NCBI GenBank assembly: GCA_030141605.1
Contig: JAQGDQ010000101.1
Location: 516,919 to 580,918, forward strand
DNA from: Tubiluchus corallicola
Lineage: Eukaryota; Animalia; Priapulida
Reading direction: 5' to 3'
DNA: 64,000 nt
Positions within the stretch are counted from its first letter, which is position 1. Every line of letters starts with the position of its first letter. Under the pieces are notes generated by a model that saw nothing but the letters and a program-made list of their open reading frames with translations, was not told the origin of the DNA and made no database searches. Below are positions 51,158 to 64,000 of this stretch, piece after piece. Position numbers and translations under genes: made by a program.

Positions 51158-51799
51158 TAATATACATATATTATTAGCATTTCAGCTGGCCTGTATTCAT
51201 TTAAAAGATTTTGTTCATCGTCCAACGAATGAACTGCTATTTCGTTCAGTCGTAATACTTTTCTGTCAGACCTTAGCCAAACTGCTTCAGCACTCTGCCA
51301 GTGAAACTGTCTGTACTTTCCTAGACATGTGTATGCGTCACTTATACACCATCTTTTCCGTCTAATACATTTATTTTGACCAAGTTGCTTGGAGGTATCT
51401 GTCTCTGACTGACAGTAATAATGACACATTTCATTTAGTTCTTTAAGAGTGGTAGTGTAATTGTGCGTGTTATTTTAACATACTGACAAGTTGGCATTCG
51501 TTGCATGCTGATAAAAATCAGAAGACGTCACTTTTGAAAGACACCTGCTAGCAAATCTACTGACGGCTGACAGCAATTTCCACGCCAAGTGTCACTTCTT
51601 GTTAGCTTGTGTCAGTCAAATATTCCAATCAACTCAACAGCAATGCGTTTAAAATATCTTCTACAAATTTGTTAACTCGCTGCCAGGATGTGGCAGTAAC
51701 ATTAACAGGAATGTGGGTGCTTGGTTTGACTGAAGTGGAAGCCAGTTATAGCACCCGCTCTAGAAGCAAAAAAATCATACTTCAAGATGTTGGTTAAAA

Positions 51800-51830
<31 letters not shown>

Positions 51831-51834
51831 ATGA

Positions 51835-51878
<44 letters not shown>

Positions 51879-53221
51879 CTATTTTGTTGTAGTAAAAATT
51901 TATTAGCCAACAATTTAGCCAAAGTTTAAGAGACAAGATATATTAAGAACGTCCTGGTGAGCAATTAGTATTCCAAATTCTAAAGTAATTACAAAAAATC
52001 CTGTTAGATTAGTTGCGTTTATCCTAGCGTGAGTCGTTATACTTCTCTCTCTATATATATATAGAGGCCTTACAGCGAATACGTAATATGTAACCTTAAA
52101 AAACTGATTGAAGAATGGTCACAAAAAGAACGCAAGAAAAGAATGATAAGTGAAAATGAATTTAAGTGATAAGCGTGAAAACAAAACGCGCGACTACTTG
52201 CACTTTTTATTACATTCATTGCTACCTCATTTTGAATAATACGCCCTCAATAATGAGGCATATTAAAAGTCTTATTGTACTTTTGTTTGACCATTTGGAG
52301 TAATTCAGAACTCAGGAGTGTAGACTGATCAGAATTGTTCCACCTTGATTTCTTATCAAGTTACTTTGCATTCAACGTGGTCTTATTTTCTGTTTCTTCC
52401 ATCTCTTCCTTTACTAGTACTAACTTTTCTAACACTTATTGTTCATTTCCTATATTCGCTGTTATTTTACACATACATACAAGCCTTTCTTGCTGGTTAC
52501 TTGTTACCAATGATTTGGCTTTTAATATTACCTTATTGCTGTCTTTTACGCTTTTCAATAGCGCACAGAAAGCTATCATTGCTGAATGAATAAATCAAAT
52601 TGAAATAGAAAACGAGTTGATATTTTACATAAATTTTGTACTTATGATATTATTTATGCTAAGTCTAAATGACGCACAATTTTTCAACAACAATTTAAAA
52701 GATGAGTAAAAGAACAACTCAGTTTCTACAATAATCTGATGTTGTAAAGATTTCTTGCTAATTTTCATCGAAGTTAAAGAAACATGTGTTAAAATCATCT
52801 TCACTTTGCGCCTACATCAACCCAGCTGTCTGCAGCATGACACGTATCAGGTAAATGAACTGATCAAGGTGAAACATACCACATTCTCTTCTCACATGTT
52901 TGTTAGCAATAACAGCTTCATTAACACCATCAATTCAGCGAGTTCGTGCATGGTTAGGGAGACTAATCGAAGGCGATTAGACGAAAGAGGAAACCGGATC
53001 TAAAAGGGGTGGGATACCCATCGGACTGATTTGTGACTTTATGTAAACATGTCTGCTTTCTTTATAATAAACAAAACTGATGAAAGCCAGCTCTCAAATT
53101 AGTCTTGTTCTGCTGACTTACTGGTCTCTAAGGTACACTTATGATCAAAACGGTGGACTATTAAAGTCACGCCATGCAAAATCTCTGAAAATTATGATAA
53201 TACGATGGTAACTGACGTTAA

Positions 53222-53326
<105 letters not shown>

Positions 53327-54229
53327 GTAGTAGCTTTCGTTATCATTGTCATCTGCATTCTTGATCATCATTGTCATAGTCTTCATCAATTACTGATCAG
53401 CATCTTCGACAAATGTTACTGTCATAATTACAATTACCATCAGCGTCTACTTGAACAAATTAAATGCGCAAAGAGTTTATTGAAAATACTAGACATAAGG
53501 AGTGAATACAATTTTTGAAGATAAATTAATGGTTACAAGTCATACTTATTTGGCAACAAATGCAGGTAGACCAGTCAGGTGTGTAGACGCTCGCCTGTGT
53601 CACAAACTGCTGCTGATGAAGTGTTAGCTGACTTAGCTCCCTGGTGATGTAATTTTCTGACATACAGAAAAGAGAATTGCAAAACGCGCTCACGGTTAAC
53701 GAGTGGGCCGCCTACCGAGGTGGGATTTCTTTATGACCAATGTTACTCATGCGAGCCATTGCAAGCCCTCAAACAGTGATAATTGCAAAATGGGCGAGGC
53801 AGACTGCTGATTCTTGTGTTTGGTGCTTTGTTAGGGGGTGCATTGTAATACGACAAGTATCCAGTCGTCTACTAATGTATTCAGCAAATGTCCTGACTGG
53901 TTTTGAAACTGCTCACTATAATGTATACAAAAAATCAAATTAAAAAACGATTCATTTACGTATAAATTTATGGCAGAACCTTAAAATGTTATCTTCAGAT
54001 TTTCAATTGATTTAGTCACTTAGTAGCTCTAAAATTGAGACGAGGCTGGTCTTGTTAGTAGGATTAACTTGGTGCTGTTGTTGGTTTTCAGATCATCTCA
54101 TTTTACAATTTATAAGGAAGCCTCTTAGTAATTGCCTATTAAGTGATAATCTCGAAAAAAATCTTAGGCTATGTTTAGAAAATGTTAATTTATGGTAAAC
54201 AAATGTAGAATCCGTGCCGGATCTGCTGC

Positions 54230-54545
54230 ACTAATGACGTCATCAATCTCAAAAAAATTACAAAACTGGGTTAACGCTGTAAGTACCGATAGTAACTGCA
54301 TTTTCTGAAGTAAGATAAATAACACTTTGCTGTTAAGACGCGGATGTACGCAATATGCAACCACTGTACGGTTTCTAGGCAACGACAATACAGATGCCCA
54401 AGCGTTTTCCCTTTTCAAAATGAAATAATTGGATTATGATGGTTAAATTGCAAACGACAGGTCTCCAGTGGTTTTGATTGGCAGCAGGCTTGCGCTGGGG
54501 GAATAAAACTGTTCATTGGTTCAGTGACCACATCACGTGACATCT
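54230..54545 (+). promoter_or_regulatory. Putative sFRP proximal promoter
   Basis: A CRE palindrome TGACGTCA (about 54235), three reverse CCAAT boxes (ATTGG at about 54428, 54477 and 54515) and an E-box TCACGTGA (about 54533) lie 130-430 nt upstream of the ATG. Motif evidence only. Confidence 0.4.
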
Positions 54546-54665
54546 CTCCAGCAGCTGATGTCAATCGCTGAACAGAAGTGAAGAACAGAAGGAAAGCATC
54601 GTTAGCCGCTAGCGCGTGCGTCTGTTTGTTTGTTATTTGTTTACTTATTTGTTGTTTTTATAAAA

Positions 54666-57600
54666 ATGAGGTGTAAGTGGTTTCTCTTGACTATGTTGAC
54701 TGTCGTAATGGCCGTCGATGACTACATTGAAGACTGGGCGTTGATGGGAGCGCGAAGTGCTCGCCCCACATGCGTAGACATTCCTGCTAATGTGACATTG
54801 TGTCAAAAGATTGGTTATGACAAAATGAGGTTGCCAAATTTATTGGACCATGATACCATCACTGAAGTTGTTCAACAGGCCAGTTCTTGGGTACCACTGC
54901 TAAACATTGATTGCCATCGAGACGCGCAGTTGTTTCTATGTTCACTGTATACGCCAGTATGTCTAGACAGGCCTATATACCCATGCAGATCCTTGTGTGA
55001 GGCTGTAAGGTCTGGTTGTGAAAAACGTATGACAGCTTACGGTTATCCATGGCCAGAAATGTTCATCTGTGACAAGTTCCCTGTGGACAATGACATGTGC
55101 ATAGCTACGCCGACACCAACGTTGAATGCAGGTAAGAGGCTTAGATTACCTTATTATTTCTATAAGCATAAATGGGAAGTTTAATCAGGATGACAACTAA
55201 AAACAATAGGTACCTGCAAAACTATTATTTATTCAACTCAGTCATTCATTCGTTCATTTGCTCACTCACTCACTCACTCACTCACTCACTCACTCACTCA
55301 CTCACTCACTCACTCACTCACTCACTCACTCACTCACTCACTCACTCACTCACTCACTCACTCACTTACTCACTCATTAATTAGTCCATTCATTCGTTCG
55401 TTCGTTCGTTCGTTCGTTCGTTCGTTCGTTCGTTCATTCGTTCATTCATTCATTCATTCATTTATTCATTCTCTGACTTCTTTCCTTCCTTCCTTCTTTC
55501 GTTCGTTCGTTTATTTATTTGTTCGTTCGTTTCTTCTTCCCATCCTTCCTTTCATTCTTTCTGTCTTCCTTTCTTCCTTCATTCATTCTTTTCTTATTTT
55601 GTTTTAACTTTAAGCATTGATTCGTTGATTTGCTTTTTATTTCTTCGTTCACTTCTTTCGTTTATTTGTGCCTTCAGCTATTCATTCATTCACGTACTCA
55701 CTCACCCATTAAAATTTACCCATACGATTTACTATCTGATAAATTACCAGACATATATATCAGGAAGTATGTAATATATATGTCTAATATATAAATATAT
55801 GAAGCTAAGGCAGGTTTCCTACTCATGAAAACATCCATGACGTTTTTGATGAAATGCATGGGTGTTATAGGCCTACAGTATTATGAACCGTGGTTGACAA
55901 AGCCTTTTCACCCGTGAATACGCACTCTATAATTTAACATAATAGTCGTCTTATTTAGTCTTGCTGTCAAACAGCTGCGAAACTCGTGCTGTGGCTAATT
56001 GGATGCCCGTCTTTCCCCATTAGTTTCTTGATGAATGACAGGTCGAATTGGCAGCAGCAGTAAATGTTAGTATAATCCCTGCCATATTGCTTCCACATGC
56101 TTAGAGTATGTTGCAATGCTTGTCTAGCTTTGCTTATTTATTTGCTTACATTGTCCAATGAATAACTGTGTATTCGTTATCACTTTCAAAATTTTCTTTC
56201 ACCTTTTTCCCGTAAGATGCTCTGTTTTAAAACTCAAAATGCACTGTGAACGCATGTATAATCTTGCGTTTACACATGTGATAATCTAGAATTGGAATTC
56301 CAGGTCCTATAGATTTATCTGGAAGCCGCCTCGTGCCTGACATCGAGACAGGTGAGAAAAAAGCCATTGTAACGGATGAGTGTTGTTTTCCTTTGTAGTT
56401 TAGTTTTTAATTTGGCCTTGCTTCTGTCTTTTACACTTTGACTGGCAATGACATTGATTGCTACAAAACTTTTCAGCAAGAAGTACACAAGATCACAAAG
56501 GATGTCAAGAAATAATTGATTTCCCTGTAAAAAGAAATCGAATTGATAGATAAAACTGGCGAAAATATGAAAAAGAGCAGTTAATTCTGAACAGAAACAT
56601 TTATTTCTGGTATTCTGGTATTGGTGCAGACGGCCAGCTCTCTGACGGCCATTCTGCAGAAGTTTTTCAATTAGATGGGTGTTGTAACTGACTTTTTCAA
56701 GAACTTCGTGATGTATATTATCTGGGGACAAACGTCATTTAAATTTAGTAACAAAAAATAAGATTTAGTTTAGAAATGCACAACGTGACTAAATTATGTT
56801 TTTGGCAGTTTATTTTTAAAAATTCATTGACTATAATAGCAGTTCAGAGTACACGAATGCAGAAATTTCAATCCCGCCCGCTATTTCTGACAGGAGGAAA
56901 GCAATTTTAACATTTCGCATTGGAGTAGATTCACATTGATTCAGATAAACAAACAATGGAAACCCCTGCACCATATTTTTTCCCTAGCTATGAATCTGCT
57001 AAAGCAATTACTGGCATTGAAAGTCAAAACGTTGCATTCGCCGTGATTTTTTTTGCATGTTTCTTTCTATTGGCTTGTACTTTTAATAAACCTTGCATGT
57101 CTTCTGCTCCCGGACCTGGAATTCAAGTTCTTTACTTGAAAAGAAAAATATGTTTGTTCTCTTTCGTTAAGTCACTAAACCAGATTTGCAGATTTAGTAA
57201 AGCAATGACAAACCTTTCTGCATTCATTGCAACAATTACTTTTTTTGCATGATCTTTCTTGGCAGATAAATTTTGAAGTACATTATAGTTTTCACCTTGT
57301 GTTGTTTGTGTTACATTGCACTCATGCATGATTTCCGCTGTGATTAATTAAGCATAAATAATTAAGTTGTCACAAAATATAGTGTACATTATTAAATTTC
57401 AGTCGGAGACTTGACGTCTTTGACCAAATCTCAAAATTTTATAAGGCAATGTTCATTTCTCATGAGGTTTTCACCATTCGAGCTTAGTCAGCTGTATACT
57501 TAACATAACCACATATATTTGTAACTTGCGATTGCTACTTCATATAGTTGATTTAAGCCTACAGCTGTATGGTTATGGTCGTCTGTAGGAAAAACGGTTT

Positions 57601-60600
57601 TTTTATAAAATTTTGAAATTTGATCAAGAGCCAGCACCACGTTTCCATTCTTTAGGATAAATCCTTCCAGAGTTAATTGGTTGCCTAATAATTATTTTAT
57701 TTGCTTATCATTGTATTTATGCACTGTTAAGCTATTGAAGCTAAGTTAAGATAACAAGGTAAGTAAACCTAACGTTTTGCTTCAATGCTTCAACGTAAAG
57801 AACACTTAGGTTAAAACCTGAAAGCCCCAATATTGCTGCAGTTAATGCAATTTAAAAGGGCACACACGTCCTGTGCAATGCAATAGTAACCACCAATTTT
57901 GAAATGAGGCTTAATTATTTCAGAAATTTTTATTTCAGGATAGTAATAGATTAATCATGGCATTTTTGCAAATGTTTTTGTCGCCAAATTATTTTAGTGG
58001 CCTATGATTGTAAACGGCTTGTTATCTGACATTTTATTATATTGCACGCCTTGGTTTTATAAGACAGTATAAATGTCAACTAGAACCTGATGCTAGTTTT
58101 TCAGATTTAAATTTTCAGATTCAGTGGTGTCAGATTTAAATTATAGTCAAGATGAAATTTAATTTTACGATTAATTAAATGAGTTTCCCGTCACAACACA
58201 CATGTTTTCTGATGAAGATGATATGATATTTTGACACAGTCATCATGTTAGGGAAACTTGATCTCTTGAGCATTTTGTATTCACGCCCGCCTCTGAGCCT
58301 TTGACTTACCGAAATAGACAAGGAGTTTTTGCTTTACTTGAACCATAAACATTTAACCATCCTGTTTGAGCAGCTCGTATAAGTGTATGACTTTAGGCAA
58401 AATACGTTTCACAGAATACGGGTATTATTATTAAGAACCAACGGGCAATTAAAATACAATTTTATAGGTACACCACATGGTTGACTGTACTATATTCCAA
58501 AATGGTATAATTAATGATTGCTTTGAAATTGGCTTTAATATTAAGGGATTAATTTGTCAATTTGAAAATACTTACAAAATCTTCGATTTTCGTAATCATG
58601 GTGTATTGATAAAAGTGCTTGTTTGCTCCGAGTGGAGCTGTACAAGATATTCTCCTGGTTCCACTGTTTTCTCTTATGCGTATTGTATTTTTTGGTTTCG
58701 TAAGATTGTGGGTAATTTGCAAGGTTGTCGAATGTAAATACTTATAAAACTCAAACAATAAGCTGTTGTGTCATTGAGTAGTAAGACCATCAACACCAAG
58801 TATTAAGTATTAAATTGTATTTAATCTCATAGACGTTAAAAATAGTAAGGCAAGTACACATATAGATATAGTGCACAGTATAGTATATATAGTGAACGAA
58901 GTATTAGCTTTTCGACGTCTCAAGCATTTATCAATAGCTCTGTTTAGTTCTCATCAAGAATTCAAACAAATCAACAAATGCACATTAATTAACAAGATTA
59001 GTAAGAGCCTTCTGTTTCATTTTATGACTAACTGTCTTTTTCAAAACGCAAATCCAATTTTAACATTCATAAACATCTTATAGCACTGGTATAAATTTCA
59101 TTGCAGTGCGTCACACTTTACAATAACATACGTTTTTGTACGATATTTTTTAAAATGAATTTAGTCGAAAAGTAATCATATGCTTTAGGTAAATGTTTTG
59201 CAAAACAAATTTGAAGCATGGAGCCTTTAGTTGTCACGATAATCGAACATTAACGATGATTGAAGACCCTTCCAGTAGCTTACTTATGTCAACAGACAGA
59301 AGGGGTGGGGCCATGCGTCAGCAGACAGAGGAGCTGGGACGACTGCGTGTGGATCACAAAGTTTTGGACTACTCTGCAAAAACAGCAGGAGTTAAAAGGC
59401 ATCATCCTGAAGTTTCTTCTTCATTAGCTGAATGGTTAGCTAGGCTCACTGAAGGCTAGAAACGAGATGTCTTACACTGCTGCCACGTACTGGTTTCACG
59501 AAAGTTATTTTGTGTTCGTCTTTTTAATCATGTGGTCTTTCTTTCTGTCTTGCAGATCAGTCTTTAATTGATCGGTAGCGACACTAGTTAAACTAAAATC
59601 AAATACAACTTTATAGTAAGAGATCACGTAAAATGCTGTCAGAAGTGGGATTCGAACACACACCACACATGTGGACCAGAACACCCAGTAATGATGAATA
59701 AGCGAATAAGTCTGGCGCCTTAGACGACTCAGCCATTTTGACATACGTTAATAAAAGGCCAAGTCTGGCCTTATAGATATATACTGGTAGATACAGTTCT
59801 ACATGAATTCCGTTGTAACACTTCTTGACGGATGTTCTTAATGCACTACTACTGCTTAGAATGTTGCAGATTTTATTGACACATTCAATTAATTTTAAAT
59901 TTTTGTTTTTAAATTTAAAATTTTAAGCTTTCATTGTTTTCTTGCTCGGAATTGTTTATTAGAATCTGATAAGATGGACAGTTAGTTGGTTCATGTAACT
60001 AAGGTACATATGGTCTTGGTGAATCAGTAGTGACAAGTACCCCATGCAACTGTTCTTACCTGCAGACTGTGCTTCTAAAAATAGTAGGTTTCTGATTTTT
60101 TCTTTCTCAGTAAGTAAAGGCTTTCACTGGCCAGTATCTCCAATTTCGCGTTATGTAAAAATCACCAATAATTAAAGTAGGACCATCTTTACACTGTTTC
60201 ATCTTTCATGCCAACAGACGTCATTGCCCGGACGTACATATGTCAGCTACAGGACTATTTAGTTTTTTTAATAGTTGCTCATTGCATTCAGTAATAGTTC
60301 TTGTAAACGATTAGACAATTCAAAGGCTAAGTTAATAAACAGTGACTAGAATAACTTAGAGTCTGCGTAATTAATAAAATTTAAGAAAGAAAAATAAAAT
60401 GAGAATGAAATACTTATATAACATAATTATATAAGTCTAGTAACTTAATGAACTCTGCAAGGACACAATATTTTACCATATGTTAAACGACTTCGCCTTA
60501 GCTTTTCTGAGAAAGGCTCGCTTGTAATGGTTTGTTTGTGTACCTCATGCCCAAATTATACCACCTCTACAGGAAGCAGCAGCATGCGCACTCAGTGTTT

Positions 60601-61010
60601 GTGTACAGAAAATGTATTCATTGGTTTTTCTGTCCAAAGAGCAATAAACATGACTCGAATTTGAGACTTTACTTCTTTAGTTGATATTGAGCTAATAACA
60701 ACGCTGAAAACTTGTAAAAAACACAATTTTAGAATTCTGCTTAGCCGATGTCTGTATAGACGTAGTGTGCATACGATATATGCTGCAAAAAAAGTACATG
60801 GAACCGACTCAGACAAGTGTGTAAATGAAATAATGCATTTAAAAATATGGCAAGTAAATAATGCATTTCTAAAAACAGTGAAAAATAAACAGTGCACTTA
60901 AGAAAGCAATGGCGAATAAATAACACATTTTAAAAAAAGGATAACAAATAAACTATGCATTTAAAAAAGAATGGCAATTTGCACTATATACATATACACA
61001 TATATATTTG

Positions 61011-61063
<53 letters not shown>

Positions 61064-62792
61064 TGGCCTCTATTTGCAGGCCGATAATTCTTCTTCGTAT
61101 TATGATATAAGATATACAAAACACGGTCAATTATAATTATGTCCTTAATACATGTACCAAGAACTTGCTTATAAAAATAAGAAAACCAGTAAATAAATAA
61201 TGCATTTAAAAAAGAACAATGTCAAATAAACCATGCAATCTAAAATGTAATTTCAAATAGATAAAGCAATTTAAAAAACAACAGCATGTAAATAATGCAT
61301 TTTAAAAAGATGCATTCTAAATGCAAAACGGTCAGGTCATGTTCATTTGCAATGTGAATCAGTTATTAATTTCATCCGTAGGTGGCATTAGTGTATATCT
61401 GTTGACTTTCCTGTGCCCTTTTTAAGATAGATAATAATTGAAAAAATAAAATAATAAAACACAATTTTTTTCCAAATGCAAATCTTTTGTTTCAAACCTT
61501 GGCTTACAGTATAAAAACAAATTCTACATAACGTGCCATTAGTTACTTTCAGAAATTACGTTTAATTTTTTTCACTTTTTGTAACAACATTGTTCAGTAA
61601 ACTCTGATTACTTTTACATTTTATTGTTTTATTTTTATGTAAACTACAAAACTGATGGTATAAGTGCAAAATTTATGGCTATTTTTGTAGATTTAAGAGA
61701 TGGAAATTGCGAAGCATGTTCCCAGGTTCAAACTTTCGAGAACATTCTTGATAATTTCTGCAGAGCTGATTTTGGTAAGCGAGATGTTTTAAAATGTTAT
61801 CTGATGTTAGCAATGGTCATCTTAATTTGTAGTGTGTGCACATTGACTTTTCAAGTTTTTCAGTTACTTTATATTATTGTGCTTAAATAATTGACAATTG
61901 TTTTTTCTCTTAAAACTAACTACGGGCCTATTGGTAATTTCTTTCGTAGATTTTAATAATGAAATTTTCGGTATTGCGGTGCTTTGTTTGTGGTAATCCG
62001 TGCTGCAGGGGTCTTCCAATTACAGAAATATATCTGCCCGTGCAAATAAATAATTGCATTAATTGCGTAATTGGACCGTAGTAGTCCTAGTTGGTATTTG
62101 AAACTTAAATTGAATTGAATTTACCAAAAGCGTTATTTACTAATAGGTTATCACCAACAAGTCTTAAATTCAGTGATATTTATATTGAAGAGAATCAATT
62201 AAGAACGTCTGTATTTTCAGCAATGAAAGTGAGGGTTCGGAAAACATCTCGAAGAAGAGGCACATTGAAGGTGGTAATGAGAAAGAAGATGAAGAAATTT
62301 AAAAAAGGCCAACTTACCAAAAAAGAGCTAAGACGCCTCAAAGTGGTTATAGATCAGCCTAGAAGCTGCGATTGTGAAGCTCTAGATAATTTAACTGGAT
62401 CGTTTTTACTTATGGGTCACAAGGAGAACGAAACGGCAACGGCAAGCCTTTTGCTGCCATGGAACCGAGAAGAGAAAGATTTCAGAAAAGCAGTGCGTCG
62501 AATGAGAAAGCTAGATTGCTCAAAAGTTTTGGAAATAACAATGAAAGGACAGGGTGTCTTGCGACGGAAAGACAGAGTGAAGGACAAAAAACGAAAAGAA
62601 GGACGAAATAAGAAAGAAAACGAAAGACAGATTGGAAAAAGACGAAACAAGGAGTCTAACAAAGAAAGCGATAGGAGGAATAAGAAAGAGAGAGATAGGA
62701 AAAATAAGAATGTGAAGGAAAGAAATAACAGGAGAAAATCAAAAATGCGAAGTAAAATAGGAAACGCAGACTCCGCAATTGTGTTTGAGTAG
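54666..62792 (+). CDS. SFRP1/2/5: Secreted frizzled-related protein, sFRP1/2/5 subfamily. Exons 54666..55131, 61691..61774, 62221..62792 (373 aa)
   Basis: Signal peptide; Frizzled CRD CVDIPANVTLCQKIGYDKMRLPNLLDH..QQASSWVPLL..CH..QLFLCSLYTPVCLDRPIYPCRSLCEAVR..YGYPWPEMFICDKFP..DMCI; NTR domain CEAC..FCRADF..CDC..FLLMG..W..C. Two phase-1 GT-AG introns; 1122 nt. Confidence 0.95.
55240..55600. repeat. Compound tetranucleotide tract (CACT)n-(CGTT)n-(CATT)n-(CCTT)n
   Basis: Directly visible, at the start of sFRP intron 1. Confidence 0.95.
58250..58760 (-). mobile_element. Possible highly decayed CR1/L2-like LINE RT C-terminal fragment
   Basis: Minus-strand translation fragments FKAIINYTILEYSTV and KRILPKVIHLYELLKQ loosely fit the post-RT Y..L..P.LEY...W and R.I...Y..LL patterns. 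Many stops. Confidence 0.3.
59637..59742 (-). pseudogene. Intron-containing tRNA-Leu(CAA)-derived pseudogene inside sFRP intron 1
   Basis: The minus strand reads GTCAAAATGGCTGAGTCGTCTAAGGCGCCAGACTTATT[~23 nt]TTCTGGTCCACATGTGTGGTGTGTGTTCGAATCCCACTTCTGACA, colinear with metazoan tRNA-Leu(CAA). The D-loop GG is lost, there are acceptor and T-stem mismatches, and the anticodon position reads TAT. Confidence 0.85.
60820..61320. repeat. Degenerate AT-rich minisatellite (about 30 bp, core AAATAATGCATTTAAAAA), interrupted by (TA)n
   Basis: The core recurs on both sides of the (TA)n at about 61014..61060. Confidence 0.75.
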
Positions 62793-62871
62793 CGCCATCT
62801 AGCGCAAATTTTACTGCTTAATAGATGAGAGAAAACAGTTTGGGAAATCTCCGAGACAACATATTTCAAAG

Positions 62872-62927
62872 CATTATGTTGAAAGCTATTATGTTAAAAG
62901 CCATTATGTTGAAAGCTATTATGTTTA
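62872..62927. repeat. 15-bp tandem repeat (ATTATGTTGAAAGCY, about 3.5 copies) just after the sFRP stop
   Basis: Directly visible. Confidence 0.85.
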
Positions 62928-64000
62928 AAGTATAATGTGGCAACAAGCAACTGACGTATACGACATTAATAACAGAATTCTGAGTGCTATTTCTTTTAAG
63001 AAACAATTTCATCTGTTTAGATGAATACATTTTTCTTATATTTTTTGAGAACAAAACATTGTAACGAGCGTCCCTTTTTGTGTTATACAGTGTTCTTTTT
63101 GAGCCAAGTTAAATATTATTTCTAGAAAATATGTTATATTTATTAATTACTTAGGGTTTGTATATAATGTTTAAATTCTTACATTTTGCTATGTTGCTGT
63201 CGACTGTTTTAAAAATGGTAGATAAAATTAGCTGTTGTAAATATTATATTGTATAACCGCCATGTGATAATGCAGGTCTCTATCATGACACTTAGCATTA
63301 TTAATTAGTGATAATTAACGAAATTAATTATGATTTTAGAATATCTTTAAAACTTCACCATTATAATGCTTTAGACTTTGATTTTCAGAAGTGTTGTTTC
63401 TGTTTAACTTTTCAACGTGTCGCTGAACAAATTACTCAGTTGTACAACAGTGAAATTTGCAAAATTTGACGTGGCAAATTGTCACTTATATGATGTCTTC
63501 ACGAAGAAGTAACAACCTTGTAAAACTTCCAAAAAGAAGTTATTGCTTAGTTACCGATATTTAGATAAACTGTAAATTACCTGCCGGCCGCTAGAATTAT
63601 AAATTCATTTACCATGTTAGCAAAAAACTTGGTAAATTTACAAGATATTGTTATAGTTAGCACCCATAGCACCTGCTTTGCTGATTCTGTTCCAAAATGT
63701 GAAAGAAAGGATAATCTAAACCGAAAAATGTCATCAAAATGTGTTTAGACGTGCTAGGATTATTCAACGAAAAGGTGTGTAAAATCTAGTGCTGTGACAC
63801 TCCTCAGAAAAGTCAAAAATAAAATGCATGAGAACTGATGATAACTGCGAGAATAAAGTGCATGGTGAAATGTGTAATATACTGATTGATGTGATGTGGT
63901 GTCTTAGATCTCCCGTATTACGTTTACTTCTTATATTTCCTTATATTAACAGAGAAACTATGAGACTTAGAGGCCTAGTGAAAGTGACGATAAGATTTGT

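Noticed and set aside
62417-62869. 150-aa antisense ORF rich in F/L/S
   Set aside because: It is the shadow of the purine-rich sFRP tail on the opposite strand.

Overview
AT-rich, microsatellite-rich, intron-containing animal genomic DNA. It looks like a marine invertebrate, but the taxon cannot be determined from this window. Five spliced protein-coding genes were reconstructed by hand from GT-AG sites and phase matching: a Golgi carbohydrate 6-O-sulfotransferase (CHST1/3/5-like, minus), COMMD5 (minus), an OATP/SLCO transporter (plus), an ADGRD/GPR133-like adhesion GPCR (plus, 5' end unresolved) and an sFRP1/2/5 (plus). Introns and intergenic DNA contain a Gypsy-type LTR with a tRNA-Leu primer-binding site, a hAT MITE with an 8-bp TSD, LINE remnants, tRNA-derived SINE heads, an intron-containing tRNA-Leu pseudogene, foldbacks, minisatellites and microsatellites. 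I do not see a clearly new biological system. The best leads are the aGPCR (pentraxin + C-type lectin ectodomain, a GPS lacking one disulfide pair, three possible C-termini with or without a PDZ ligand), the 90-aa basic tail of the sFRP and the His-rich, CaaX-like tail of the OATP. Exon coordinates were read by eye and need RNA-seq confirmation.
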